Shown here in pieces: positions 47,761 to 60,869 of a stretch of DNA of 64,000 nucleotides. Position 1 is the stretch's first letter. The number at the start of each line of letters is the position of its first letter. The translations under genes and the position numbers were made by a program. The notes beneath the pieces were generated by a model. The model had not been told where the DNA came from, did no database searches, and worked only from the letters and a program-made list of their open reading frames with translations. Where the stretch lies: positions 20,896,001 to 20,960,000 of the forward strand of contig NC_087437.1 of NCBI RefSeq assembly GCF_036321535.1, in the 5' to 3' direction. Source of the stretch: Camelus dromedarius (taxonomy: Eukaryota).

Positions 47761-50700
47761 AAAACTTGTTTCTCCTCCCACACCTCCCCAAGTCAAAGGA
47801 TCACGAAAAGGTTCCACTTCTGATATGGAACCCGGAATGAGGAAAGCAAATAGAAGATAAAATATCAAATATCAAAACGTAAGACTTTAGAAAAAGAGTT
47901 CGGAAATCTGTCCAGATAAGCAAGCCAACGTTTCCTCTTTAAGGCTGACGTGATAAAACCACTGACAAGAGACCCTGGGAACCCAACATCATTTAAGTCA
48001 ACGTGCATTTCTCCCAACATGGACGAGTAGGTCAAGGTGTGAATGTGTGTTTAACGGAAAATGTTTGAAAATATATGTGTTCCTGAAAAATACAATTAGT
48101 ACCATCTTTGGCCAGGACTCCGTTAACCATTATGTTCATGCTTTTCCACTATAATAACAGGAGTTTACAATAATGACTGAGGAACTACATATTCTCAAAG
48201 TTTCTTTTCAATAATCTTTTATCAACGAAAGTGTGCTTGCACCAGCACTATGGGATGTTCTTCTGTCGCAAATATCTGTGTCTTCAAGTCACTTGTGCAT
48301 GCCTGGCACAAAAGGTAATTCCAGTTGTTGTTCCATTCTCTGACTCCTTAGATGTAAGAGAGATTTTACTACAATTTAACATAGAAGCTTCCTTTATCTG
48401 AAACGTGGAGCATGGGATTAAACAAAGCTACTGTTTAAGAAAGAGTGAGAAAACACTAAGTTTTGCTGAGGAAATGAAACCAAATTTTTTAATGTAAAAA
48501 AAAATTGTAAATGCCAGGAAAAGATTCTCTATCAGCAAAAATTAGATGGGACTGCAACATGCTTATTTGTAAAGAGATATGTGATTGTGCAAAATGCTGG
48601 ATTGTCTGTTTTATCCAACAGGTGGCACCCTGGCTCATGAACGCTAGCTGGGGAAGAAGGCCACCAGGAACTACCGAGACCGCTTCCTGTAGCAGTGATC
48701 ATGGGATCAATTATTTGTGTTTGATTGTGGCCTTCAAGAACCCCATTCTGTGAGGAAACAGACATCACTGAAATGCTCACGTTAATGACATAATCACAAA
48801 CTGTGGTAAGTCGTCCAAAAGAAAAGTACAAGCCGTGTAACTGTACAGACACTGAGATAAGATGAATCAAGGCAGAAAGCCCGCATCAATATGGACTAAC
48901 TTCTGTACAGAATGAAACAGGAATTGTCTAAAGTGTTAAAAATCCACCCTGTGCCCATTAAGTTATTAGTAATACATGTAGCCCTCTTTAAAATCACCAA
49001 CCACCCCCACCAGGGTAACCATATGACACAATAACCAACAGACACAGAAAAAGTGACTCATTCATCTCCCACTGAAGGTTACACTTCAGCCAAAGTCTAG
49101 GATGGTTCCATATTTTCTCTCCTAAATGTCTTTCCTTCCTCTAGCCTCTCTCCCTCACAGTGTAGTGATTTCATCAGAGGCTGTACATAACCTACAGCTT
49201 AAATTTCCCCGAAGTGGCTTTCTTTGTGTCAATTCCCTTCTCACGAAAGAGTCAGAAGCTCTGGCTCTCTCAAAGCAGACTTTCCAGTCTCTCACCCTGT
49301 TACTCAAGGATCTCTATGACATGCTCTGATTTCCTTTCAGTCCACATTCCAGCGGCTCCTGTACAAATCCTGTAGGCAAAGAAGCATACCTACCGCCTGG
49401 GAATAGCCATTTCCTATCTCCCTTCCCTGCCTCTGTTCCATGCCCTTTCCCCATGCCATTCCAGGCATCTGTTTAGCTTTCTCTCCTATCAATAAATGAT
49501 TCCTTCCTTAAAACTAAATCACCAAATTTTTAGGTGTTAAAAGTCCTTTTTTAAAAAAAATAAATATTGATGATAGAAATAGTGGTTTGTTTTAAACATA
49601 CTTGCTTGGCAAAATAAAAAGTTGATACCTCTATGTTAGTCCTCCCATTAAAAGCATTTTATTACACTGATTTTTTTGGACTGTAGAGTCAGGGAAGGAC
49701 AGCCCTACAAAGAAATTTCCCTTCTGCAGACTCTGGCCCAACTTCATTTGGGAGAGAAAATTAGCCCACACCTGGAAGGGCTGTGCTAGTCCTGAGGCCC
49801 TGAGGGTCTGAGCCAAGAGACCTCGAGGATGGTAAACAGATCTCCTGTCTGTTAAGATTTGCCCTCAGAGTTCTGGTTTCCTGTCTGAGGACCTACATCT
49901 ACTTACTTCTGGCCATTCACTGGACAGACGTGGTCTACCCACAGGCTGAGGTCTCGGGCTTTCAGACCTCTATGGAACAACCTCATAAGAACATGACATG
50001 TGACAGGAAAAATGATCGATGTATGTATGATGATAATTTCATTTTGAAATACCCCAATAGGCTGCTTTCTTTTTTATTTCCTTACACTTCCCCTCCCCCT
50101 GCCCCGTATTTCCAGTGGTTTCCATTTACCCCAGGGAGGTTTAGGGTTGTTACAAGGGAAAAAATAAACAACAACAACAGCAAAGGAAAAGAGAAAGAAA
50201 AAGGTAAGTATCAGTTTCCAAATCGGATTTTAAGATTTTTCTACCAGATGCTCTTAAAAGCTAGGCTTTGTAAGAGAGAGGAAAAAAATGGTCTAGATTC
50301 CTTTATTTCTCTTGTTGGCATATCAAAAGCCAGCTTGATCACAAAGTCTTACACGGGGAAGTTCTGGAGAAGACAGGAAGAGGAAGAGGAATGCCCACCC
50401 TATCAGTCCTAGGCTGTCAGAGGTGACTCTAATCTCCTTTCTCCTGATTCCACCCTAAATGGGGAGTTTTTTTAAGCAGTTGGGGGAAAGGTGGAGGGCT
50501 TCTGAAGCCTCTGTGTTTGGGACTCTGGGAGGGGCTCACCTTGCAGGTTGGCTGGCACCACCCTGGGAGTGGCTACATCCAGGTTTAACTCAGCAGCACA
50601 GTAGGATTCTGCCGGGAGACGGGCAGGGCTGCCCCCAGAACAAGTATGAAATAAAACAGATAAAGGAATTCCCACTGGCTCCAGACAAGAGGCCAGGAGA

Positions 50701-51849
50701 GGAGCTGAGTTTAGAGCCAAGAGGCCTCTACGCCTCAGCCATCATGAGGGAAAGGGAAGTGAGCAGCAAGACCAAGGGTGAACATTCTAAGTAAGAGTCA
50801 GGTGGAGGATAAGGGGTCTGTAGCAGCCAGAGCAGAGGCAGAGTCATCAGTGAGCTTCCAAGCCAGGAGGAACCAGACCACAGGTGCAATAAATGTAGCC
50901 TCAACAGCAGGTCCTCACTGAACTCCCAGGGACAGGTTAGACACAGCCCAGGAGTGTCCAGACCAACCCCCACGATGGAAATCAGCAAGGAAGCAGAAGA
51001 TGCTGCACAGACCTGTGGATCCCTTCCTCTTTCTGTCCCTCCAAGGTTTATGAGTCCCAACTCCACCAAAACCTAGGCACCATCTTAAAAAGATAGAAAA
51101 GGAGGATACAGATGCCTGAGAGACAGCATTTTTTACCTGAAGAGATGGACCACTTACCTAAAATGTCTAAAGTGTGTCAGAATATTTCCCCCTCTGTTTA
51201 GTGGTTGGAGGCGCGTAAGAAAGTTGAGAACAATTTTGGAGACATGAAATGCTACATCTTCTTTGCACATTTGTGAGTAGGGTGAAAAAATCTGCAAACC
51301 TTCACACATACGAGTGTTGTCAGCTTTCCCTGTCCTCCTCCCTGCTGCTAAATTTGGTGCTGTTTGGGCTGCTCAGTTCCTCCCATCCACCCACATCTAA
51401 CTGTGGAGAAGAGCTTGGATGGTCTAGACCGGATCTTTGGAGAATTAGGGGAAAGGGGGAGGGATGGTGGTGGTATAAGCCACTTGGGTAGATTCTAAGG
51501 GGAGAAACAGAGAACAGGGGTCATCACTGTGTTCAGAGGCATCAGGTGGGAGGGGGACACAGAGATGTAGGGACAGAATGGGTGGGTGAGAGCGCTCCAT
51601 TCTGGGGAAAGAGAGGAATGGAGTGGCTGAATATGACAGAAGAGGAAAGATGTTTAGATAAGAGCTGCTCCCGATTACATACTTAGATCTCACTTCTGTT
51701 CCTTGAGATGAAGCCTAGAAATCCTATCAGGACTTTGCTTCTTTGAACCTCACCCACTCAGGGGCTGGACCACGTGGATCTCAGCTGTGACAGGTGTCAG
51801 GTTTACAAACACAGTGACCCTGCTACTATATGAGACGCATAAATATAGA

Positions 51850-52328
51850 GCAGGGGGTGATTTTGCCTCCCTAGTGACATTTGGCATTATCTACAGACTT
51901 TTTTTTGGGGGGTGGGTCAAAAGGCTAAGGTTTTATTTTATATAATGTACTTTGGCGAACATTTCAATATTCTTTCTGTCAGTTATTTTTAAATTTATTT
52001 TTTATTGACGTATAGTCAATTACAATGTGTCTGTCTCTGGTGTACAGCACAATATATCAGTCATGCATATGCATGCATATATTCATTTTCATTTTTTTTT
52101 CCATTAGAAGTTATTACAAGATATTGAACATAGTTCCCTGTGCTATACAAAAGAAAACATTTTTTTTTAATCACAGACATTTTGATTGTCAAAACTGGGA
52201 AGATGCTTGTGGCATCTAGTGAGCAGAGGCCAGACACACTGCTTAACATCCTAAGGCACAGGACAGCCCCCAACTTCAAAGCATTATCTCAGCCAAACTG
52301 TCAGTAGTGCCAAGGTTGAAAAACTCTG
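51850..52328. mobile_element. MER20 hAT element interrupted by an L1 tail
   Basis: GGGGTGATTTTGCC..GACATTTGGCA..ACAGAC [insert] ACAGACATTTTGATTGTCA..TGGCATCTAGTG..CACAGGACAGCCCCC..GTGCCAAGGTTGAAAAACTCTG. Confidence 0.8.
51985..52168 (-). mobile_element. L1 3' tail
   Basis: TTTATTGACGTATAGTCAATTACAATG..TGGTGTACAGCA..TTACAAGATATTGAACATAGTTCCCTGTGCTATACA. Confidence 0.85.
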
Positions 52329-52944
52329 ATACAGAAAAATGGAGGAGGGGCTCTTGTTTGCTTACATCTTCTCAATGAAAAGACACTTTTTTTTTCAACT
52401 TAAACATTTCATGTTTGTAAAATTCTTAACCAGCACTTACACACATGCAGTAATATCAGCCAGATCACAGGATTCAGGTTCCTGAAAACATTTCAGGTGG
52501 GAGGATTTCTATTGAAGAATTCCAGACCCTGTGGAAAAATAGAGGTGAATATGGAAATTTCTAGAAAATTCATGAAAAACCCTTATATTTTTATTCTCAG
52601 TATAAAAATATAAAACTAGCCCACCAAATAGCTATCACATTTAAGACGTGATCAATATGAGCAGTCATGTTTACTCTCCATCCTTTGCTCACTCCTGGAG
52701 AACCCTCAGAATCTAGTCTTCCCCCATCCCACCCTTCAGGGCAATTTCACGGAGGACCCAATAAATACGTTTTGTGTTGTTGCAGATCAGACATCTACTA
52801 AAAAGGATTCCTGGGAGTAAGGATGTAACCACAGGCTGAAATAGCTGCCTGGAGATTTGACCATAGTAACAAGCATGAAAACAACTTGCAACTTTGAAAT
52901 CAATTTTTTAAAATCTGGAACTCTTTTCTGACTATGAAATTGCA

Positions 52945-53219
52945 TTTTCTTTTTTGGGGGTGGGGCAGGGAGGTAATTAGGTTTATTTACTTATTTATTT
53001 TAATTTTTTAAATGGAGGTACTGAGGATTGAACCCAGAACTTCATGCATACTAAGCATGCACTCTACCACTTGAGCTTTATCTCCCCAACTGAAATCAAT
53101 TTTCCAGCTTCTACAACAACCCACAAAAATGGAAGATGGTTAGATCTAGTCCACTACTAGACAACAGTTCATGACCCATGAGCTTCTGTTGTCCTTGGCT
53201 ACCTCTGCCAAAAATGAGC
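52945..53219 (+). repeat. Local direct duplication, copy A (SINE plus ~130 bp unique flank)
   Basis: Near-identical to 54611-54894 through to TGGCTACCTCTGCCAAAAATGAGC. Confidence 0.95.
52950..53089 (-). mobile_element. Vic-1-like SINE, long-tail type (donor of local duplication)
   Basis: Reverse tRNA-like head and GGAGGTAATTAGGTTT extension; TGAAAT..ATTTTC-like repeats on both sides. Confidence 0.9.
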
Positions 53220-54265
53220 TGCTTGTGACATACACAACCCCAGCCCAGCAGGAGGATTGAAAGAAAACCCTAGACTCTGCCTATTTCCCTTCCTCCTTCC
53301 TCATCTGACTTCTGAGACCTTGCCTTTTTTCTGCACCTGAGCTTCCTGCAAAACTCGGGCTCAGCCCAGCATGGTTATGTGGTCTGCTCTGGTTTCCCTT
53401 GTGGGTTTGAAATTCAAAATTCTCAGCTCATGTGTTAGCAGCTTCTCTGAATAGTTCATCTCATTCATTTGCTCATTCATTCATTCATTTATTCATTCAC
53501 CATTCAGCAATTGCTTCATAAGTGCCTTTGGTGTTCTTCTATGTTTTCTGTGCACAAGAGAGGCAAAGACAAATAAAACATTGTCCAATCTTTGAGAATC
53601 TTACATACAGATCAACAAATAGGAACAGTAAATGTGATTTGGGCATTGCAGTGAATGTACACACAGGGTACCACAGTGGCACCAAGAAAGAAGGCGCCAG
53701 TTCTACAGGGCAAGGCAGGAGATGAATCTCTGCTGTTACGCACATCGACATATTTTCGGTTGACATTATCATTGAAAGATAAGTAGATATGTTAGTGTGG
53801 TGCACAGAATTGGCTGTCTACTCAGAGGCTGTGGCCCTCTTTTTCACAGCATTTGTTTGGTTCAGGTCTTAGGTTTCAGGCAGAAATGCACTTTGGGAAG
53901 GAAAGTTCGCCTCCAGATTCAGGGGTATTAATGTTAATTATACATTCATCATGATTGTGAATGGGATGTGAAGGAAAAGTTTCCTGATCAGGGTGAGAGG
54001 AAGAGTGGTGGCGGGGTGACTTCCAGAAAAAGTATCTGGGAAGGCTTTTCCTCTCTAATTGAAAAAAAAAAAAAAAAAGACATTTTAGGAGAAAATGGTT
54101 TTTCCTCTCATTGGATGTTGAGATGTTTGGAGCTGCAGCAAGTCTTCTTGTGCCCATGAGGCCAAAGCCAAAAGAATTGCAAAGATGCTAACTCAAACCT
54201 TGACATTGTTGAGTTGATGAATTAATCATCCTGGAGTTACATACCTAAGGATTTTTTTCCCAAGA

Positions 54266-54498
54266 TTTTTTTTTAACTTAAAATTTAAGTTTATTGAGTT
54301 ATAGTCATTTTACAATGTTGTGTCAAATTCCAGTGTAGAGCCCAATTTTTCAGTTATACATAAACATACATACATTCATTGCCACATTCTCTTCTGCTGT
54401 GAGCCACCACAAGATCCTGTATATATTTCCCTGTGCTACACAGTACAATCTTGTTTATCTGTTCTACATGTTGAAATCCCAGTCTGTCCCTTCCCACC
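54266..54498 (-). mobile_element. Young L1 3' end
   Basis: ATTGAGTTATAGTCATTTTACAATGTTGTGTCAAATTCCAGTGTAGAGC (same subtype as the 45422 insert), flanked by CCCAAGA.TTTTTT repeats. Confidence 0.85.
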
Positions 54499-54610
54499 CC
54501 CAAGAATTTTTTTTATTGTGGTAAAATATACATAAGATTTACCATCTTAGCCATTTTAAATATACAATTCAGTGATATTAAGTAAGTCATATTGTTGTAT
54601 AATCATCACT

Positions 54611-54894
54611 TCTTTCCTTTTTGTGGGGGGGGCAGGGATGTGATTAGGCTTATTTACTTATTTATTTTAATTTTTTTTTAATGGAGGTACTGGGGATTGA
54701 ACCCAGAACCTCGTGCATACTAAGCATGCACTCTACCACTTGAGCTATATCTCCCCCACTGAAATCAATTTTCCAGCTTCTACAACAATCCACAAAAAAA
54801 AAAAAAAAAATGGAAAATGGTTAGATCTAGCTCACTACTAGACAACAGTTCATGACCCATGATGCTCTCTTGGCTACCTCTGCCAAAAATGAGC
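54611..54894 (+). repeat. Local direct duplication, copy B, inserted in an old L1
   Basis: Same sequence as copy A with an A5 to A17 expansion; interrupts an L1M 3' end. Confidence 0.95.
54618..54759 (-). mobile_element. Vic-1-like SINE within duplicated segment
   Basis: Shares private variants with the 52950 copy (CCCAGAAC, GCATACTAAGC, ACCACTTGAGCT). Confidence 0.9.
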
Positions 54895-56095
54895 CAGAAC
54901 ATTAGAACTCCTTTTCTCTTGCAAAACTGAATCTCTGTACCCATCAAATGATAACTCCCTGTTCTTATCTCCCCTCAGCCCTTGGCCACATCATTCCACT
55001 TTCTGTCTCTAGGATTTTGACTACTCTAGGTACCATGTAAAAATGGAATTGTCCAGTATGTGTCTTTTAATGACCAGCTTATTTCACTTAGAGTATGTAA
55101 TAGCCTCAAAGTTCAGACATGTTGTAACAAGTTAGAATTACCTTCCTTTTTAAGGCTGAAAAATATTCCATTAGATGTATATACCACATTTTGCTTATCC
55201 ATTCAGCCGTCAATGGACATTTGAGTTACTTCCACATTTTCACTATTGTGAATAAAGCTGCTATGAACATGGGTGTACAAATCTCCTTGAGACTCTGCTT
55301 TCAGTTCTTTGGGGTATATACCCAGAAGTGGAATTTCTGGATCATATAGTAATTCTATTTTTAAATTTTGAGGGCCCATAGGACTTCATTTTTGACAAAA
55401 TAAACTGGATTTTTTTAAAAAAAGCATTTTCTGACAGTTTTCCTGTTACTTGCAGACAAAAGCCTCTTAACTGGTATTAATGGAGGATGGGGTAGGGAGG
55501 GAATCTTGGACAAAGGGGGCAGTTGGAGTACAGCAGATCTGCACAGAACCACCTGGCACATTAAGGAAACTGCAAAGAGCTTGTATCGGTGCATAAAGTG
55601 AAAGAATGTATCACTTGTCTTTGTTGTCAAGAAAACAAAACCCATCCTAGCTAGCTTAAGCAGGAAACAAATGCATTAAAGGTATTGGGTAACTAACAAT
55701 CTCTTGGCGGGTCAAAGAATCCAGTGGAAAACTTTTCATCTGAAAACAACGCCCAAGTCACACATCTGGTCAACACTCACAGGAACTGCAGTTTGCACAG
55801 GACACAGTAGCCTGGGCCGCTACCTCTACTGCCTGAGGGCCTTCTGCTCTGCCTTGCCACCTTCACCAGCAATATCCTTTTCTTTCTCATACTTCTCTCC
55901 TCTGAATCAAAGTCTCATATGGCTAAAGCTCCCTGGGGGAAACTGAGTTACATGCATGCATCCCAGCTTCAAGAGAGACTTTGACCTTGAGAAGGTGGGG
56001 CACAATGGTCTGAGGCTCATTCAAATTCAGCAGAAGAGTGCTCTGATTGTTTGACAGTGTGAGCCATGGGTATGAGGAAGGCAGACATGGGAGCT

Positions 56096-56485
56096 TGTTA
56101 TGGACGGAACATCTGTGTCCCCCCGAAATTCATATCTTGAAGCTGTAGCATTTGTATTATGGCGTGTGGCTGTATTTGGAGCTCGGGCCTTTAAGGACAT
56201 ATAAGGTTAAATGAGGTCATAAAAGAGGGGCCCTGATCCAATAGGATTAGTGTCTCCTTATAAGAAGAGACATCAGGGAGCCCATAGTCTTTCTCCTTGT
56301 GCATGCATCAAAGAAAGGCCATGTGAGGACCGAGCAAGAAGGCACCATCTGAAATCCAGGAAAAGAGCTCTCACCAGAAATAGAACTGACCACAACCTTG
56401 ATCTTGGACTTCTGGCGTCCAGAACTGTGAGAAAATACATTTCTGTTGGTTAAACCACCCAGTCTGTGGTATTTTGTTATGGTAC
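56096..56485 (+). mobile_element. MaLR MLT1A/B-type LTR
   Basis: TGTTATGGAC..TGTGTCCCCCC.AAATTCATAT..TTAAATGAGGTCAT..CCTTATAAGAAGAG..CCAGAACTGTGAGAAAATACATTTCTGTTG..GGTATTTTGTTATGG. Confidence 0.85.
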
Positions 56486-56984
56486 AGAGTTGTAGTACAA
56501 ATGTCATGTGGTTCCCATCACGGCCTGAAAACCTCCAATTTGCAATGAAAGATTTTTTAGACAGGAAAATGTAGATTGGCATTTTTGAAAGACAGCTCTG
56601 GTGGCAAAGCGGGTTCGGTGGGGAGAGGAAGAGACAGGAAGTGGGGAGCCTACTTAAGGGTGTCTCAGTAACTCAAGGGAAAGATGATGAGACACTGAGC
56701 TAACCTGAGGCAATGGAGGTGGGGAAGAAGCTCAACTTGAATGACATTAAAGGGGCAGAATCTACGGATTTGGTAATTGAACACGAAGGACCAGGAAGAG
56801 GAAAGAGTGATGAGCCTAGTTTCTGGCTGGGGCAGTTGGGCCAGTGAAGGTGTAATTCATCCAAGTGGAATATGTAAGGAGGAACATGTCTAGGGAGAAA
56901 AAGCAATTCATTTTTATTAAACTTCAAGAATCAGCTCACAAGATACTTATTCATTACATGGGAACATAGTGACTTCACAGAGGA

Positions 56985-57600
56985 CAAACTGGCAGACACC
57001 ACCTTAACCAGCAGATCAAAGCTAACGTCACCAGCAGTGGGAGAGATGGTCACCAGGAGCTTCCTGAAAAGATGGACTGAGAACTCAGCATTGCTTACTT
57101 ATGCAGGGCTCCTGCCAAAAACACGTAACACAAATTGGAGGATATTCTGCAGAATAACTGGCCTGTACTAATCAAAAATGTCAAGCTTGTGAAATACAAG
57201 GAAAACTGAAAGAACTGTCCCAGATTAAAGACACATAACAAAACAGCTGAGTGCAATTCATCATAAAGGATTTTCTTTTTCTATAAAGATCATTATCAGG
57301 ACAGTTGATAAAATTCAAATAAAGCCCATAGATTAGCTAGTATATGGTATCAATGTTAATTTCCTGATTTTGACAATTGCACTAGGTCATGTAAGAGAAC
57401 TCTTGTTTTCAGGGCATATACACAGAAGTATTTATGGGTAGAGGCACCACTTACTCTGAAATGGTTGCAGGAAGAGGGGAAGGAGGGAGGGAGACAGAGA
57501 GAGGGAGAGTAGCAGAGAGAGAAAATGGGAAAGCCAAAAAGGAAATATTTTTAAATGTTAACATTAGAGGGTCAAATGGTGTATATATAAGCCTTAATTG
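56985..57600 (+). mobile_element. L1MC-like 3'UTR fragment
   Basis: AACTGGCAGACACCACCTTAACCA..ATCAAAG.TAAC.TCACCAG, ATTCTGCAGAATAACTGGCCTGTACT and ATCAATGTTAATTTCCTGATTTTGA. Confidence 0.7.
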
Positions 57601-58559
57601 ATATCTAAAGAGGAAGTGTTTTAAAAGAACACACTTTTTGACTTGACAAGTTAGATGTAGGTATTTGTGGTTATCAGGTTTCAGTGAATTTTTTATTGAA
57701 TAAGCTTTCCTCCTCCGTTCGTGGAGAGTGAGCCCTTGACGAATTCAGCTCCTGGGTTCAGGCCATCTAAACTTCACTCTGCCTCCACGCACCTTTGAGG
57801 CCTCACCAGTCCCCCTGGAAGATATACTCTATTAGGCCATCACCTTACTTTCCCCAGGAACAGCCAGTCATTCAGGGCTGCAGAAGCCCTGAGGCTCAGA
57901 GTCCCCTGGACCTAAGGCTTCTTGAGGGAGCACCTTTCCCTGCTGTCTGCAGGCAGGCTGGAGCAGCCTTGAGTGTGACGTCCGCCTGGATCAACCTCAG
58001 GGTTCTAGCCTCATCAGCCTCATCATCCCCTGTTCCTTATCTTCTTGGACTGTCCTCCATTCAGTGAGTCAGAGAGGGTCTCAAGACCACTCCCTTCCAA
58101 AAGCTAGGAGGTCTTCAACAGCCAGTCTCCTTTAAGGTCTATTACTTTCTTCTGCTGTCTGGGGGGTGATGAGTGGCACGATCCATCTCACTGTCCTGGT
58201 GTGACAGGATGCTACTGTAGGTATCTCCCCACATCCTAAATATGAGGAGCCAGACCTCCTATGCAGGGTCTGCAAGAGACTAGGGGGGACCCATTCTGCG
58301 GGCCAGCTTTAGCCATCTCTCCATTCTGACCTATAGTGGGCAGAGGGTGGAAAAGTCTTCCAGAAAGGGTCGTTAGTGTGCTACGGCATTTCTCCATGCA
58401 CCTCTATGGGCAAAGGCAAGGAGGGCGTTTCTTATCAAGAAAAGCGAAAGTGACCCCCAAAGGACTCCTCATTACACCTGGAGGGTGTCCCTGGAGTGTG
58501 ACAAGCATGAGAAATCTAAAAGTGAGGGGCTGAGACTACTGCCCTAAGATTGCAGAACA

Positions 58560-58561
<2 letters not shown>

Positions 58562-58605
<44 letters not shown>

Positions 58606-58625
58606 AGGGAGAGGGAGAGAGAGAG
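58562..58625 (+). repeat. (GA)n / purine microsatellite
   Basis: Perfect AG run degenerating into GAGAGG units. Confidence 0.95.
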
Positions 58626-59983
58626 GAAGCAAGAACTAGATGCAGTGGGAGAGCGCTTCCCTTCCACAGAGAGGGCGCATGATTTCCCAGAGGGACTGAC
58701 TGGAGACATCACTTAAAGGGCTTCACCTGAAGTGGGAGGTGCCAGATGGCCAGCCCTAGCAGAGGGATAAGCTGAGGAAGTCTAGGGGCCGAATGTTTGG
58801 AGTTTCCAGCTGTTGACTGGAGGAGACATGGCCAGAGTTGAGGTTCAGAACAGAGAATCTCCAGGAAACCCACCAAAGTGGTCCATGAATGAAAGAGGCT
58901 GCTCTGAGCACCATGAGGCTCAGAGCTGCAGTGCTGCATCATTCCAGGACAGGTCATCCAAGGGGTGTCATTCTCCATCTCCCTTCCCCTGGACCCTGTC
59001 TATCCCCAAGGAGTCAGCCATCTCCCTGAGTGCAGAAGGAGCTCAGGAAAAACGGCAAGAAGTCAATCTCATTCTCCCTCCTTCTGTAAACCCTCCAGCC
59101 TGGGGCACATCTAAATCAAGGCAGAGGAGAAGCCTTGACTTTGAAGTGAGAAATTTTGATTATTAGTCTAAATTAAACATTTAATTACTGACATGAGCCA
59201 TTTTTTATAACTAAAAGTGACTGAACCAGCAGTGAAACCTGTATGAGCCTTCACCCAGGGCTGGGAGAGTAGAGGGTAGAGAGAAACGACATGGAGGGGG
59301 AAATAAAGTCATCAGTGCCCAGAATTCTGCTTATGCAACACAGTGGTTAGTGCAGGAGCTGCTGGCCCCTCCCCCTCCAAGCTGCCCTGCTCTTCCAGTC
59401 AGGTCCCCTCCCTCTAAAGTTCTTTTTGTCTCCAGGAGTGACGTGTGCCCTTCTCTACTCAAATAAGATTTTCCTATGGTTCTTTTCTGGAATCAGCGTT
59501 GCTGTTCTAGGGCTAAACGTCCAAATAGCTTTTTCACCTCCAACACACCAATGGAAGCTGCTCAGAAGTTGCTGTCACCATCAGGAGTGACGGACTGCCT
59601 CTCAGAACTGGACTTTCCCAATCTCTTACCGCTGGGAAAACTGCCCAGTGGGAGATGGATCTCCAGGATGACACTGGAGTGGTGTGACCTATAGCCAGAA
59701 CAGCATCAGTTCCAATCACAGATAGCCTCTTTACTAGCTGTCTGACCTGCAAGATTTTAAAAAAATCTTTCTCTACTCAGAGATATCAATAAAATGGGAA
59801 TAACAATTACAACACAAGCAACAATAAATGACAATAATATCAGATCCTGTGGGTCCAGGTGAAGAGTCTGGCACAGAGTAAGCACTCAATACAGGGCACT
59901 ATGAGTTCCTATGTCTTGCCAGACGGTAGAGATACTTTTCAGAGAAGTTCCCCTTGGATTTGCATTGTTGAATCACTCTCCTT

Positions 59984-60103
59984 TTGGGGTGGGGGACGGG
60001 TAATTAGCTTTGTTTGTTTATTTATTTAATGGAGGTACTGGGGATTGAACCCATGACCTCACACATGCTAGGCATGCACTCTGCCACTGACCTATACCCT
60101 CCC
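59984..60103 (-). mobile_element. Vic-1-like SINE, long-tail type
   Basis: Reverse head; TSD TTGAATC(AC/TT)TCTCCTT (59968-59983 / 60104-60119). Confidence 0.9.
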
Positions 60104-60869
60104 TTGAATCTTTCTCCTTATTGATGTTTTCTCACCCCTGAACTTTGCTGTAGGAGGATGCTCTGGGCCTGCTCTGTGGCCATCTCCTTTCTAGTTCCAC
60201 CCAAGTCTCCTTTGCTCCTTCCTCAGAGTTTGGAAGAACGCAAGGGCATCCTCTATCCAAGCACCACTCCATTATTCCCCCATGGCACTGGGGACGGGTC
60301 TGGGAGGTGACACATCTATCTCCAACCTGCACAAGTACAGCCAGGTGGGTCTCTAGCCATCCTCCTTTGATGAGTGCTGGAGGGACAAACTCAACCGGGT
60401 ACCAACCAGGCAAGTGACAGGCTTCTTGGCCTCAGAAGACCTTGCCTATATCTTCACAGCATGAAAATCAGCTGGGCCACAGCCCAGTTCTTGCCAACTG
60501 GGTGGAGCATGTCTCCAGGGTTCACGGTGAATGGACAAATCTGCCCAGACAAAGAGAGAAATTTCTCAAGGACAGAGTAGCAATGAAACGTGAGCATGAT
60601 TGTCCAACTTTCTGGTTTTCTTTTCAGACCCATTATTTTGTCAGTCTAAAATGATAAGAAAAGTTCAGTGGAGGTGCAGTGGATATACCATCACAGTTCA
60701 AAAAGAGGGAGGCTGAGAAAAAAGTGAAGTCAGGCAGGCCTAAGGGCATAGACTGTCCCATGCTCCAGCATTCAGGCCTTCAATGTCCTGCTCTCAGAGC
60801 GCAGCAAATTTGAAAAGATTTTTAATGGAGGAGTTGGAGGCTTTAGGAGAAAAACTTGTGTGTGTGTGT

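Larger units (their letters stand above)
54506..55372 (-). mobile_element. L1MA/MB-type 3' end interrupted by the duplicated segment
   Basis: TTTTATTGTGGTAAAATATACATAA..TTTACCATCTTAGCCATTTT, TTGCAAAACTGAA..TGTACCCAT and TATACCCAGAAGTGGAATT..GGATCATATAGTAATTCTAT. Confidence 0.88.
53790..55475 (+). mobile_element. Old ERVL LTR (LTR33/LTR16-like) split by L1 insertions
   Basis: TGACATTGTTGAGTTGATGAATTAA before 54250 and a terminal TTCCTGTTACTTGCAGACAAAAGCCTCTTAACTGGTA at ~55440-55475. Confidence 0.5.

Noticed and set aside
49011..49024. CAGGGTAACCATAT, resembling a hAT-Blackjack terminal repeat
   Set aside because: No matching opposite terminus found, and it faces away from the 48 kb relic.
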